Below are positions 17,758-28,812 of a stretch of 64,000 nucleotides of DNA, piece by piece (position 1 is the first letter of the stretch; every line of letters begins with the position of its first letter). This DNA comes from an uncultured Gemmatimonadales bacterium (GTDB taxonomy: Bacteria > Gemmatimonadota > Gemmatimonadetes > Gemmatimonadales > Gemmatimonadaceae): NCBI GenBank assembly GCA_963793305.1, contig CAWBZV010000002.1, positions 192,001-256,000 on the forward strand, given 5' to 3'. The translations under genes and the position numbers were made by a program. The notes beneath the pieces are model-generated. The model was not told where the DNA came from. It saw only the letters and a program-made list of their open reading frames with translations, and searched no databases.

Positions 17758-19775
17758 TCCTGATCGGCGAGCTGTCGCTCTGGCTGGCGCTGATCGTCGC
17801 CGCCTGGACGACCATCGTGTCGTTCGCCGGCGGCGCGCTCCACCGCCCGGACCTGGCCAAGAGCGGAGCGCGCGCCCTGTATGCGACTTGGGCATTTATC
17901 GTACTGGCTTCGGTGGGATTGTGGGACGCGCTCGTCACGCACGATTTCAATCTCTCGTACGTGGCCGAGCACACCAGCGCGAACCTGCCGTTCGTCTACA
18001 CGCTGACCGCGTTCTGGGCCGGCCAGGCCGGCTCGATGCTCTTCTGGTGCCTGATCCTCACGACCTATAGCGCCATCGCGGTCTGGACCAACCGCGGACG
18101 AAATCAGGCGCTCATGCCCTACGTGACCGGCACGCTTGGCGCGATCACGCTGTTCTTCGTCGCCACAATGTGCTTCGGCGCGAGTCCCTTCGAGCGCCTC
18201 GACTGGACGCCGCCCGACGGCGCTGGGATGAATCCCCAGCTCCAAAATCCCGGCATGGCGATCCACCCACCGAACCTGTACCTCGGCTACGTCGCGACCG
18301 CGATCCCGTTCGCCTTCGCGATCGCCGCGCTGATTACGCGCCGGCTCGACGCCGAGTGGCTCAGCGCCGTGCGCCGGTGGTCGCTGGTGTCGTGGTTCTT
18401 CCTCACCGTCGGCATCACGCTCGGCATGTGGTGGGCCTACGTCGAGCTCGGCTGGGGTGGGTACTGGGCCTGGGATCCCGTCGAGAACGCGTCACTACTT
18501 CCGTGGCTCACGGGCACCGCGTTCTTGCACTCGATCATGGTCCAGGAGAAGCGGGGCATGCTCCGCAAATGGAACGTCGTGCTGGTCGTCTCGACGTTCT
18601 TGCTGGCGATTCTCGGCACGTTCATCACGCGAAGCGGCGTGATCTCGAGCGTCCACTCGTTTGCGCAGTCGCCGGTCGGCAATTGGTTCGCGGGGATGCT
18701 GATCGCTTGCGTCGCGGTAACGGCCTACTTGGTGGCGACTCGCCTCAAGGACTTGGAGTCCAAGGCCGAGCTGGAGAGCATGGTCAGCCGGGAAGCGGCA
18801 TTTCTCTACAACAATTTGTTGCTGGTCGGGATCGCGTTCTCGGTGCTGTGGGGCACGCTCTTCCCGATCCTGAGCGAGGCGGTGCGCGGCTCGAAGATCA
18901 CCGTCGGCCCGCCATTTTTTAACGCGGTCAACATCCCGCTCGGCCTTCTGTTGCTATTGCTGACGGGAATCGGCCCGTTGATCGCCTGGCGCCGGGCGTC
19001 CGTGGCAAACCTGAAACGCCAATTCGCATTCCCGACGTTCGCCGGCCTGGCGACACTGGCATTGCTCCTGGCGGCTGGGATGCGCGACGTGAATGCTGTC
19101 GTGTCGTACACGCTGGCGGGCTTCGTCGCCGGGACGATCGGCCAGGAGTTCTACAAGGGCATCGGCGCGCGACGTCGTATGCATGGTGAGTCGGTCGTCG
19201 CCGCATTTGTACGACTCGTGGCTCGTAACCGGCGCCGGTACGGCGGATATATCGTGCACGCCGGTGTCGTTATCCTGTTCTGCGCGTTCGCCGGCCTCGC
19301 GTTCAAGCGCGAGAACGATGTCACGCTGCACACGGGTCAGACGTACGAGACGACCGATCCGTATGGCCACCACTGGGCGTTCGTCAGCCAGGGGCTCTCG
19401 CAGTTCGACCAACTCAACCGTCACGTGGTCGCGATCACGCTCAAGCCCACGCGCGACGGCAAGCCGATGCCGCTCATCGAGAGCGAGAAGCGGCAGCATT
19501 TCGACAGCCGCGGCCAGGCGAGCTTCGAGCCATCGACCGCGGTCGGGATTCAGGAGGGGCTCGCCCAGGATGTCTACGTCGTGCTGGCCGGCGCGACGAA
19601 CGAGGACACGGCCGAGATTCGCATCACGTTCAACCCGCTCGTCTGGTGGGTGTGGTACGGCGGGATGATCATGGCGCTGGGTGGCCTCATCGTGATGTGG
19701 CCCCAGGCCGATCGGGCCCGCGCGAAGAGCGGCTATCGCACAGTCCTCGCTCCAGCGCACGCCGAGACCGGTTGA
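17754..19775 (+). CDS. ccmF: Cytochrome c heme lyase
   Basis: IHPP, WAYVELGWGGYWAWDPVENASLLPWL, SVHSFA. Confidence 0.96.
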   Translation: MILIGELSLWLALIVAAWTTIVSFAGGALHRPDLAKSGARALYATWAFIVLASVGLWDALVTHDFNLSYVAEHTSANLPFVYTLTAFWAGQAGSMLFWCLILTTYSAIAVWTNRGRNQALMPYVTGTLGAITLFFVATMCFGASPFERLDWTPPDGAGMNPQLQNPGMAIHPPNLYLGYVATAIPFAFAIAALITRRLDAEWLSAVRRWSLVSWFFLTVGITLGMWWAYVELGWGGYWAWDPVENASLLPWLTGTAFLHSIMVQEKRGMLRKWNVVLVVSTFLLAILGTFITRSGVISSVHSFAQSPVGNWFAGMLIACVAVTAYLVATRLKDLESKAELESMVSREAAFLYNNLLLVGIAFSVLWGTLFPILSEAVRGSKITVGPPFFNAVNIPLGLLLLLLTGIGPLIAWRRASVANLKRQFAFPTFAGLATLALLLAAGMRDVNAVVSYTLAGFVAGTIGQEFYKGIGARRRMHGESVVAAFVRLVARNRRRYGGYIVHAGVVILFCAFAGLAFKRENDVTLHTGQTYETTDPYGHHWAFVSQGLSQFDQLNRHVVAITLKPTRDGKPMPLIESEKRQHFDSRGQASFEPSTAVGIQEGLAQDVYVVLAGATNEDTAEIRITFNPLVWWVWYGGMIMALGGLIVMWPQADRARAKSGYRTVLAPAHAETG

Positions 19776-20341
19776 TGGTCTCGCGGCGAGCGTTTCTGGC
19801 GACGATGGTGGGAGCTGTTGTCGCGCCGAAGGCTGGAGCGCAGCAAGGTCGACCGACGATGTCGGGCCCGATGGACGAGGCGACGTATCGCCCGATCTCG
19901 CGACCGCCGAAGGCGGGAGCGACGCCGTCGATGTCGAACGATGCGCGCGACGCACTGGAGCATCGCCTCCACTGCCAGTGCGGGTGCACGCTCGACGTCT
20001 ATACGTGCCGCACGACGGACTTCACGTGCCCGGTCTCCCCGCAGATGCACCGCGACGTGATGACCCTCGTCGCGGGCGGCTACACGGCCGACGAGATCCT
20101 GGCGACGTTCGTCGGCGCCTATGGCGATAAGGTCTTGATGGCGCCGCCGCGCCAAGGCTTCAACTGGGCAGGGTATCTCACTCCATCGATCGCGCTTCTC
20201 GCGGGCGCTGTGACCGTGGCCGTGATCATCATGCGCTGGCATGGGCGCCGTGCGCCGCAGGCGCCGAGCGAGTCCGTGTCGGTCGACGCGACGAGCGATG
20301 AGCTCAAGCGCCTGGAAGAGGCAGTGCGCCGGGACGATTGA
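19775..20341 (+). CDS. ccmH: CcmH/CcmL-like cytochrome c biogenesis protein
   Basis: LHCQCGC..., G.T.DEI...FV..YG..VL.APP pattern, C-terminal TM; N-terminal SRRAFL. Confidence 0.78.
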   Translation: MVSRRAFLATMVGAVVAPKAGAQQGRPTMSGPMDEATYRPISRPPKAGATPSMSNDARDALEHRLHCQCGCTLDVYTCRTTDFTCPVSPQMHRDVMTLVAGGYTADEILATFVGAYGDKVLMAPPRQGFNWAGYLTPSIALLAGAVTVAVIIMRWHGRRAPQAPSESVSVDATSDELKRLEEAVRRDD

Positions 20342-20346
20342 CCACC

Positions 20347-20811
20347 ATGGCCGCCCTCGGTATTGGCACCGTCCTCGCGCTCGCCGCCGTCGCCTTCGTG
20401 CTGTATCCATTGCTCGTGACCGGCCGCCCGCAGGCGCGACGGGCCGAGGTTCCCGAAGAGACTCCAGGCTCGACGGCCGTCGAAGCGCTGCGCGAGATCG
20501 AGTTCGATCGCCAGACGGGCAAGCTCTCCGACGCCGACTATGCGTCGCTCAAGGCCAGTTATACCGAACGTGCATTGGCGGAGCTTCGTACTGAACCCGC
20601 GGCGGTTCCGGATCCGGTCGAGGCCCTCGTGCTGGGCTTTCGCGCGCAACGGCGGACTTGTGTCGAGCATGGCGCGCGTCCGGAGTCCGATGCCGCCTAC
20701 TGCAGCGAATGCGGTCGCTACCTCGCGGGCGCCTGCCCGACCTGTGGCGCCGCCATCACCGAGCCGGCCGCGCGATTCTGCGCCGGTTGTGGGAACGCGC
20801 TGGCGGCATGA
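20347..20811 (+). CDS. CcmI N-terminal-like protein with C-terminal zinc ribbons
   Basis: TM + LREIEFDRQTGKLSDADYASLKASY; CSEC, CPTC, CAGC. Confidence 0.7.
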   Translation: MAALGIGTVLALAAVAFVLYPLLVTGRPQARRAEVPEETPGSTAVEALREIEFDRQTGKLSDADYASLKASYTERALAELRTEPAAVPDPVEALVLGFRAQRRTCVEHGARPESDAAYCSECGRYLAGACPTCGAAITEPAARFCAGCGNALAA

Positions 20812-23187
20812 GACAGGCGATCCGTCGTTTACTGAGCACCCCGGGATTCACGATCGCGGCGACGCTCATCATGGCGATCGCGATCGGCGCGACCGCGTCC
20901 GTGTTCGGACTCGTCGACGGCGTGCTGCTCAAAGCATTCCCATATCGCGAGGCGAGTCGGGTGCTCACGCTCTGGGAACGCAACCCGGCGATGCGCGTCC
21001 CAAAGGGTACGTTCTCCGTGCCGGACTATCTCGACCTCCGGGCGCAAAGCCATGTCTTCACGGATCTCGCCGCGGCGGAGGGAGAGTGGGAGGAAACCGT
21101 GACTGGCCAACAAGCGCCCGAGCGCGTGCTTGGCCAGGCAGTGACACCGAGCTACTTCTCGGTGCTCGGTCTCACGCCGGTGCTAGGGCGCGGCCTGTCG
21201 CAAGACTCGGCCGGCCCCGACGAAGTCGTGATCGGATATGGGTACTGGCAGCGGCGGTTTGGCGGTGCAACGTCAGTTCTCGGAAAGGCGCTGACGATCG
21301 ATGACCAACCGTTCACGATCGTCGGCGTGGCGCCGCCCGGTCTGCCGGGCGGGGTTGAGCTCTGGCCGCGGTGGCGATTCCCGAACGAGCTGCTGGCGCA
21401 TCGCGACGGGCACCTGATTGACGTATACGGCCGATTGGCGCCAGGTGTGACGCCGGAAGCCGCGCAACGGGAGCTGAACGTGATCGCGGGACGCCTGGCC
21501 ACGGCCTATCCGCAAACGAACACCGGCTGGTCGATCACCGCCGTCCCCCTGCCGGACCAGCTCGTGGGCGACGTCAGACCAGCCCTCACGATGGTACTCG
21601 CCGCGGCCGGGTGCGTGCTGCTCATCGGCGCGGCCAATCTCGCCAATCTCTTTCTCGTTCGAAATCTGTCACGTGAGCGTGAGCTTGCGGTTCGCACCGC
21701 GCTCGGCGCGACGCGCGGCCGCTTGGTGCGCGAGCTGATCGCCGAAGCGCTGGCGCTCGGCGTTGTCGCCGCGGCTCTTGGTGTTGGGTCGGCCGTTGCC
21801 GGCGTCCGCATCCTCCGCGCGCTAGCCCCGGCAACGCTACCGCGTATCGGCGACATCACCGTCGATGGCCGGGTCGTCGCATTCTGCGTGCTGACGACGA
21901 TCGCGACGGTGGTCATCTTCGGCGTGCTCCCGGCCTGGCACGCGTCGCGCGGCAATCCGGCCGACGCGATCAAGGAGGGCGCACGCGGTACTGGTTCGGC
22001 GCGCCATCATCGCGTACAGGACGCCCTCGTAGTGCTCCAGGTGGCGATGGCGCTCGTCCTGTTGACCGGCGCCGGGCTGCTCGTCGAGACCTTTGCGCGG
22101 TTTCAACGCTCCGATTTTGGCTACCGGCCGGATGGCGTGCTCACGGCGCGGGTCGCGCTCTCCGACCAGCGATATCCGACCGCCGAGCGTCAGACCACCT
22201 TTGCTACGCGACTCGCCGAGCAACTCGCCGCGCAGCCGGGGATCGTTGCGGCTAGCGCGAGCTCCGCGCTGCCCAGCAACCCCAACATGCGATGGATTTT
22301 CCAGATCATCGGGGACCCGACGCCCGATCCGGGCAGCAAGCCGAACGTGAGGATGTACTTCGTCAGCCCGGGTTACTACCGCACCATGGGGATCGCGCTC
22401 CTGCGCGGACGAAAACATCCTGCCATCCGACGACGACCGATCCGTCAGGGTCGCGGTCATCGATGAGCTCATGGCCCGCCGATTCTTCGCCGGTCGAGAC
22501 CCGATCGGCAAGCGGATCACGTTCGCCGGCATGCCGGACTCTGACACGCTCACGATCGTCGGCATAGCCGCCGCCATCCGCCAGGGCGGGCTCAAGGCCG
22601 ACGATGTGCCGCTCATGTATGCGTCGTATGCGCAGCTGCCTTTGGCGTTCGGCACGGTCTCGGTCTCGGTGCGGACCACCGGCGAGCCCGAAGCGCAGGC
22701 CGCCTTGATCCGGCGCACCGTTGCGGCGATCGACCCGCTCGCTCCCGTATCCGACATGAAGCCCATGGCCGCGCGCGTGGCCGAGTCGGTCGGCACGACG
22801 CGTTTCTCGACGTTTCTCGCGTCGCTGTTTGCGATGGTCGCGCTCGTCCTCGGGATGGTCGGGATCTACAGTGTCCTGGCCTACATCGTGAGCCAGCGTC
22901 GTCGCGAGATCGGTGTGCGACTCGCGCTGGGCGCCACGCACGCCCACGTGATTGGCGATGTGCTTCGCCGCGCCCTGACGCTGGCGGGATTCGGGATCGC
23001 GTGCGGCTCCATCGTGGCCTGGTGGCTGACGCGAGGGCTCGCTCGGCTGTTCGTCGGCGTCAACCCACATGACCCCACCATCTTCGCCGGCGCCGCGCTC
23101 ATGTTCACGCTCGTCGCCCTCGTGGCGGCCGCGATCCCGGCGTTCCGCTCGACGCGGGTCAGTCCAACCATAGCCCTGACAAGTTGA
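20808..23187 (+). CDS. ADOP-type (MacB/FtsX-like) duplicated ABC permease (frameshift at ~22412)
   Basis: LLIGAANLANL, RERELAVRTALGA, RRREIGVRLALGA. Confidence 0.88.
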
Positions 23188-23227
23188 GGCATTCCAACCA
23201 AATGGGGGTCGAGCGCCACGAATTGGT

Positions 23228-23828
23228 ATGCGCATACTCCTTTGGATGGCTCTGATCGTGCCGACCATCGCCGCGGCACAAGCACGTGACCAGGAAATCC
23301 GTCTCGCCAGGAGCGCCGCACCCGCGAACGTCTCGAAGGACGCCAAGGTGTACGTGCTCGACCACGACCACTATATCGTCGCCGACCCAGGGCACTCGAC
23401 CGAATCATGCCTGGTCGCTCGCCCCATGCTGCAGGCGTTCGCGCCAATGTGTGGGGACCCAGAGGCCAATGGGACGATCCTGGCGGTGGAGCGCTTTCGG
23501 TCCGTGGAGGTGCTGGCGGGCAAATCGCCGGAACGTCATCAAGCAGGAGATCGCCGCCGGGTTCAAATCGGGTCGCTTTCACGCGCCCAAGCGGCCGGCA
23601 TTGATCTTCATGATGTCGTCGGCCCAACTTCTCCCGAATCCGGATTTCACCAAAATCGGGAAGTTCCAGCCGCACCTCATGGTCTTCTACCCCGGCATGC
23701 ACAACGCCGATTACGGACTGGTCAACTCTAATGACAACAACGTGCCGGGTGTGATCGAAGCGGATTCGCCAATGTCAGCGATGATTGTGGTCATGCACGA
23801 CTGGGTGGATCCCGCGCCGACGCAGTGA
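23228..23828 (+). CDS. Secreted hypothetical protein (frameshift at 23531-23537)
   Basis: Signal peptide; SAAP..CLVAR..APMC and PHLMVFYP continue after a one-base correction. Confidence 0.65.
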
Positions 23829-24311
23829 CGGGCGGCGAGGACGCGTTTCGGGCGTTGTATCGGGCGCATACGCCGGCGCTCTACGCCCTGGCGTTGCGCC
23901 TCACGGGGAGTGACCAGAGCGAGGCTGAGGATCTCGTCCAGGAGACCTGGGTGCGTGCGACGCGCAGAGATGTCAGCGTTCAGAGGGGAGTCGGCGTTGC
24001 GCACGTGGCTCTGTGGCGTGTTGGTCAACGTCCGCCGCGAGCGCGTGCGGTCGGCGTGGCGGATGGTCGGCCCATTGGATGTCGAGCCCGCGACCCCGGC
24101 GAGGGACGACACGGCGTTCGACCTCGAGCGCGCGATCGCCGCGCTGCCGGACGGTGCGCGCGACATTTTCGTGCTCCACGATGTCTACGGCTACGCGCAT
24201 CGCGAGATCGCTGAGTTGCTCGGTGTCGTCGAAGGCACATCAAAAAGTCAGTTGGCGCGCGCTCGCATGCTCCTGCGCGCGTCGTTGAATCTGGACGAGG
24301 CTCGCCCATGA
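23825..24311 (+). CDS. ECF RNA polymerase sigma factor (frameshift at ~23968)
   Basis: AEDLVQETW, FRGESALRTWL, GYAHREIAELLGVVEGTSKSQLARAR. Confidence 0.88.
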
Positions 24312-24787
24312 CCGAACTGCCTGACGACATCAGACGCGCGCTCGCCGAGTTGCCGCGGGAGCGGCAGCCCGATCCCGCGCTCGAGGACCGGGTGGTCGGC
24401 GCGGTGTTCCCACGCCGTCGCGGGTGGGCATGGGCTGGTGTGGCGGCCGCGGCGGCGGCGCTGCTGCTCATCGTGGTGCATCCCTGGTCGCGCCCCACTC
24501 CCACTGGTGACACGTACGCCCTGCTGTTGACGGTACCCTCGACGTACGTCTCTCCCGGGCCAGCTGAGCTCCACCGGCGAGAACACGAGTACGGACTCTG
24601 GGCCGACAGTCTCGCGGCGTTGGGAAAGCTCGACCTCGGCGGGAAGCTTGTCGGCACCGGGGAGTTGCCGGTCGACGGACTATTCATTGTCCGGGCGGCG
24701 AACGACGCCGACGCCGCGCGGATCGCCGCGACCTGCCCCCATTTCAAGTACGGGGGGGGCGTCGAAGTCCGGCGATTTGTCCAGTGA
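24308..24787 (+). CDS. Putative membrane anti-sigma factor with C-terminal YciI-like domain
   Basis: Coupled to the ECF gene; single TM; GLFIVRAAND..AARIAATCPHFKYGGGVEVR. Confidence 0.65.
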   Translation: MTELPDDIRRALAELPRERQPDPALEDRVVGAVFPRRRGWAWAGVAAAAAALLLIVVHPWSRPTPTGDTYALLLTVPSTYVSPGPAELHRREHEYGLWADSLAALGKLDLGGKLVGTGELPVDGLFIVRAANDADAARIAATCPHFKYGGGVEVRRFVQ

Positions 24788-24800
24788 CGCGCTCGCTCCG

Positions 24801-26525
24801 CTAGCTGCGCTCGATGGCGGCGAGGCGGTGGAGCGCGATGCGGATCGGCAGCAGCGTCGATCCGACGCACAGCGCGCCGGCGAGGCCGAAGCCGATGATG
24901 AGATCGCGCATGTCGTTCGTGCTGTCGCGGTGGCCGCCGAGGATGGCCGTGGCCTGCTCGCTCACGTAGTTGTACACGGGGCGCGCCTCGGATCCGACGA
25001 CGGCGAGAATCAGCAGGACGGACACCATCATGAACACCAAGCCGCCAAACGAGGTCGGGATCTGCGCGGCGTTCTCGGTCTCGAACTGCGGGAAGATGGT
25101 CCCGAAGCAGAGGGCCAGGGCGGCGATCGCGAACGTTAGGAACGTGATCGTGAAGACCGATACGGCGAACACGAAATCGTTGACCTGCAAGAGCGTGTCG
25201 GTCACGCCGACGATCAACAAGGCCAGGATCAAGAGGGGCGCCGTCCCCACCCAGAACTTGGCCCAGAGGAGGTCGCCGATGTCGAGTGGGCTCGCGCGGA
25301 GAAGCCACCACGTGCGGCCTTCCAGGCTCACGCCGGGGAAGATGAACCGGCCGGCCACCGACGCGATCACGAATCCGGCGACCACCAGGTTGCAGAACGG
25401 GATCACGGTGCGCAGCAGATTCGTGACGCCGTCGGTCTTGAGGGGCAGGAACTTCACATTGAAGACGTAGACGACGATCAGCACCGCCAGGAGAATGAGC
25501 TGCGACCACTGGGTGCTGTCGCGGAAGAAGATGCGGAGCTCCTTGAGCACGAGCTCGCGCCGCAGCACGCCGAACGGCGCCAGTATGGTGCGCATGACGC
25601 GTGACAGGGTCCCGCTTTTGGCGAACTGCTTGCCGGACTCCTGCGCCTTCGTGAAGGCGATCGGATAGAGCCAGGCGTGCAATGCGGCACCAATGACGAA
25701 CAGCGCGGCGGCGGTCGACCAGAGCAGATAGAAGGGCAGAGGATCGGGCGTGCCCGTGAGCCACGACATCACGGCTTGCTGCATCCAATCGCTGGGTGAC
25801 CAGGGGGACTGGCTCCGCAGCACGGAGACGAAATCGACGAGGTTCTTGAACTCTTCCGGCCGCGCGAACCGCTCCGGCCGCATGACCCGGAACAGGACGA
25901 CCAACCCACCCGCGGCGAGGACCGCGATGACGCTCAGGATGTCCTTCGTGCGGCGTGCCGGAAAGACGTTCACCAGCAGCAGCGTGACGGCGCTGCCGAT
26001 GATGGCCGGCAGAACGATATACGGGAGAAACGCGCCGATCGCGATCAGCGGGAAGAGTGGGCCACCGTGAAAGACGACCCCGTACGTCGCCAGAATCGGC
26101 GCCGCCATCAAGGCGACCATCCAGCTTGAGTTGACGACCGTCTCGATCAGCTTGGCGATGTAGAAGCCGAGCCAGTCGACCGGCGCCCCGACCAGCATGT
26201 CGAGGTCGCGAGCCAGGAAGAAGGTCGATAAGGCGTTCACCACGTTCGAGAGGAGCAGGATCCCGACAAACCCGAGGAGCAGTATTCCGAGCAGCTTGCC
26301 GGCGACCAGTGGTCCGATCTCCGGCACGTGCTTGAAGTACGAAAGGATCCGGTACAAGACGCCGATGATCACGAACCAGAACAGGGCGCCGAGCACGCTC
26401 AAGGCAATGACCCGCCCGGTCCGCGCGCGGCCGCCGTTGCGTGAGCGGGCGCGCGCCGTGAGCCACTTCGGCGAGAGGAGGCGGACGGCGGTGCGGACCG
26501 CGCCCGGCTCAGCGATCGAGGACAC
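24801..26525 (-). CDS. Putative ABC transporter permease
   Basis: Many TM helices; KELRIFFRD, SLEGRTWWLLRASP; downstream of an ABC ATPase. Confidence 0.8.
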   Translation of the reverse strand: MSSIAEPGAVRTAVRLLSPKWLTARARSRNGGRARTGRVIALSVLGALFWFVIIGVLYRILSYFKHVPEIGPLVAGKLLGILLLGFVGILLLSNVVNALSTFFLARDLDMLVGAPVDWLGFYIAKLIETVVNSSWMVALMAAPILATYGVVFHGGPLFPLIAIGAFLPYIVLPAIIGSAVTLLLVNVFPARRTKDILSVIAVLAAGGLVVLFRVMRPERFARPEEFKNLVDFVSVLRSQSPWSPSDWMQQAVMSWLTGTPDPLPFYLLWSTAAALFVIGAALHAWLYPIAFTKAQESGKQFAKSGTLSRVMRTILAPFGVLRRELVLKELRIFFRDSTQWSQLILLAVLIVVYVFNVKFLPLKTDGVTNLLRTVIPFCNLVVAGFVIASVAGRFIFPGVSLEGRTWWLLRASPLDIGDLLWAKFWVGTAPLLILALLIVGVTDTLLQVNDFVFAVSVFTITFLTFAIAALALCFGTIFPQFETENAAQIPTSFGGLVFMMVSVLLILAVVGSEARPVYNYVSEQATAILGGHRDSTNDMRDLIIGFGLAGALCVGSTLLPIRIALHRLAAIERS

Positions 26526-27266
26526 CGAGCAACTCTTTCACGGCGTTGTCACCCGTCAGCCGCAAGAGATGTCTTCCAGCCCCGCGGCGCCGGCGACGGC
26601 GTCGGCCCGGAGCTCATCCATGGTCCCGCAGGCGCGAATCCGACCACCATTCATGATGGCGATACGGTCGCACATCGTCTCGGCGACTTCGAGCGTGTGC
26701 GTGGACATCATGATCGTGTGGCCGCGGCGCGTGTATTCGCGGAACAGCTGCTTGAGCGTCTTGGCGGCGCGCGGATCGAGACCGACGTGCGGCTCATCGA
26801 CGACGATGACATCCGGGCAATGGACAAAGGCCGACGAGATAATCAGCTTCTGCCGCATCCCGTGGCTGTAGCTCTCGACCAACTCGTCGCGCCAGTCCTC
26901 GAGATCGAACACGGCGAGCAGCTCACGCGCCCGCGTCTCGACGTCCGGGCCGCTCTGACCGAACAAGCCCGCGACGAATCGCAAGAACTCGGCGCCCGTG
27001 AGTTTTTCATAGATAAACGGCCGGTCGGGAATGAACCCGAGGACGCGCTTGGCGGCCGTCGGATCGGCCGTGACGTCGACGCCCGCGATGCGGACGGTTC
27101 CGGCCGTCGGCCGCAGAATGCCGGCGATCATGCGCAACGTCGTGGTCTTCCCGGCGCCGTTCGGTCCGAGGAACCCGAACAGCTCACCGCGCGGCACGAC
27201 GAGATCGACGTGATCGACGGCGGTGAAGGTGCCGTATTTCTTCGTGAGGGCAGCGAGTTCGATCAT
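26509..27266 (-). CDS. ABC transporter ATP-binding protein (frameshift near 26568)
   Basis: GPNGAGKTT, YSHGMRQK, VDEP, STH; corrected end LEDIFLRLTG. Confidence 0.9.
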
Positions 27267-28099
27267 TTGAAGCGGCGTCCTGGCCAGTTACGGTAGGCGA
27301 GCTCGTAGCACATGCGCCGGAACCGAAGCGCGCCGGCGCCGGCGAGCTCCACATCGGCGTCGACGATCCGTCCCTGCCCATCGACCCACGCCGACAGGGT
27401 CGGCGTCGCGAGCCGCCAGGCGCGAATGGTGTCGACCGTCGCGGCGCGCCAATGGCCCGCCGTGGAGTCGTACACGGCGCTGTCGGCGATCGAGAACAAG
27501 GACTCGGCGGCAATTTGGAACGTCACCGGCACGACGCGGCGGCCGGCAACGTCGGCGACTTTGAATGCGACGCGCGCGCCGACGTGCGGTTTCGTCTCGG
27601 TTCCCATACCCACGATCATGGGAATCGCGTCCGGCGCGAGGATCTCGGGGTCGGCGCGCTCAGTGTGCGACGACACCGTGGGAAACAGCGAGCGGAACGT
27701 GACCGTCGAGTCGGCGTTGACGTTGGCCGTCGCGTGATACCAGCCCGTGCTCGTGTCGATCGCCGCATCGAGCGACTCCACCACGAAGCGGCGGGACATT
27801 GTGGACTTGAAGGACACCGCCATCCGACGCGTCGAGTCGCGGCGCGCTTGGATGATCAGGTAGTCATCGAACTCCAGGCCGGTCGGTGTCGTATCGGCGC
27901 TCGAAGACGCAAAGCCGATTTGATGGCCGTCGCGTTCGACGAGGTAGTACGCGGGACCCGGGTTGAACCGGGTCGCGGCCTGCGTTCGCTCGCCGTCGAG
28001 TCCGGGCGGCTTGTGTTGGCGGTGAGCCAGTGTTGCCAGGCCGCCCGCCCACAGGAGCACCGCGGCACCCGCGGCCGCGCGTCGTGTCGTGTGGACCAT
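27263..28099 (-). CDS. Membrane-anchored hypothetical protein
   Basis: N-terminal hydrophobic segment, beta-rich body; 4-nt overlap with the ABC ATPase. Confidence 0.65.
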   Translation of the reverse strand: MVHTTRRAAAGAAVLLWAGGLATLAHRQHKPPGLDGERTQAATRFNPGPAYYLVERDGHQIGFASSSADTTPTGLEFDDYLIIQARRDSTRRMAVSFKSTMSRRFVVESLDAAIDTSTGWYHATANVNADSTVTFRSLFPTVSSHTERADPEILAPDAIPMIVGMGTETKPHVGARVAFKVADVAGRRVVPVTFQIAAESLFSIADSAVYDSTAGHWRAATVDTIRAWRLATPTLSAWVDGQGRIVDADVELAGAGALRFRRMCYELAYRNWPGRRFK

Positions 28100-28114
28100 A
28101 CCACACTACGACGA

Positions 28115-28498
28115 CTATCTCTTCTGCGCGTCTCTCGCTTTCTGGTAGGCGGCCGCTGCCTCTTGGGGACGACGCATGCGGTCGAGCACGATCCCGACGC
28201 CTTTGAGGGCCCGCCAATTGTCCGTCAGGAGCTGGGCCGCGGTCTCGAAGGCTGAGAGCGCCGCCGGCAGTTGGTCGGTGTGGTTGTACGCGTCGCCGAG
28301 ATAGTAGAACGCCTGCCCTTCACTCGGCGCGAGCTCCGTGGCCCGCCGAAGCGGCTCGATGGCGTCCTTCCATCGGGCTTTTCGGCAGAGCTGCATGCCA
28401 CGCTCGGTGAACGTCTCGGCGTCGACCGCTGCCTGTGTCGCGGCAGCGGCGCCATTTGTTTCTGGGGCGGGAGTTTCCGGAGATTCTGATTCGGTCAT
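28115..28498 (-). CDS. TPR protein
   Basis: AFYYLGDAY, ALKGVGIVLDRMRRPQEAAAAYQKA. Confidence 0.8.
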   Translation of the reverse strand: MTESESPETPAPETNGAAAATQAAVDAETFTERGMQLCRKARWKDAIEPLRRATELAPSEGQAFYYLGDAYNHTDQLPAALSAFETAAQLLTDNWRALKGVGIVLDRMRRPQEAAAAYQKARDAQKR

Positions 28499-28812
28499 GT
28501 TTCGCGTCCGATCCAGCCGAGATACTGCTCCATTCCGGCGCTCACGGGAAGTGCCAGGAGCTCCGGTACTTTATATGGGTGAAGCTCGGCAAAGGCCGAT
28601 TCCAGTGCGGCCACACGTTCGCTTCGCGTCTTGAGCAGCACAACCACCTCGGGTTCATCCGCCACACGGTCTTCCCACCGATACAAAGATCGCGCGCCCG
28701 GCAGCAGCGTGCCGCACGCGATCAACCGGCGTTCGAGTAGCGCCCGAACTAGTGTCATGGCCTCGTCTTCGCTCGTTACCGTCGTGAGCACGACAACCGC
28801 GTCGGTTATCAC
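28495..28812 (-). CDS. cutA: Divalent-cation tolerance protein CutA
   Basis: LLERRLIAC, SLYRWED, HPYKVPELL. Confidence 0.9.
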   Translation of the reverse strand: MITDAVVVLTTVTSEDEAMTLVRALLERRLIACGTLLPGARSLYRWEDRVADEPEVVVLLKTRSERVAALESAFAELHPYKVPELLALPVSAGMEQYLGWIGRET

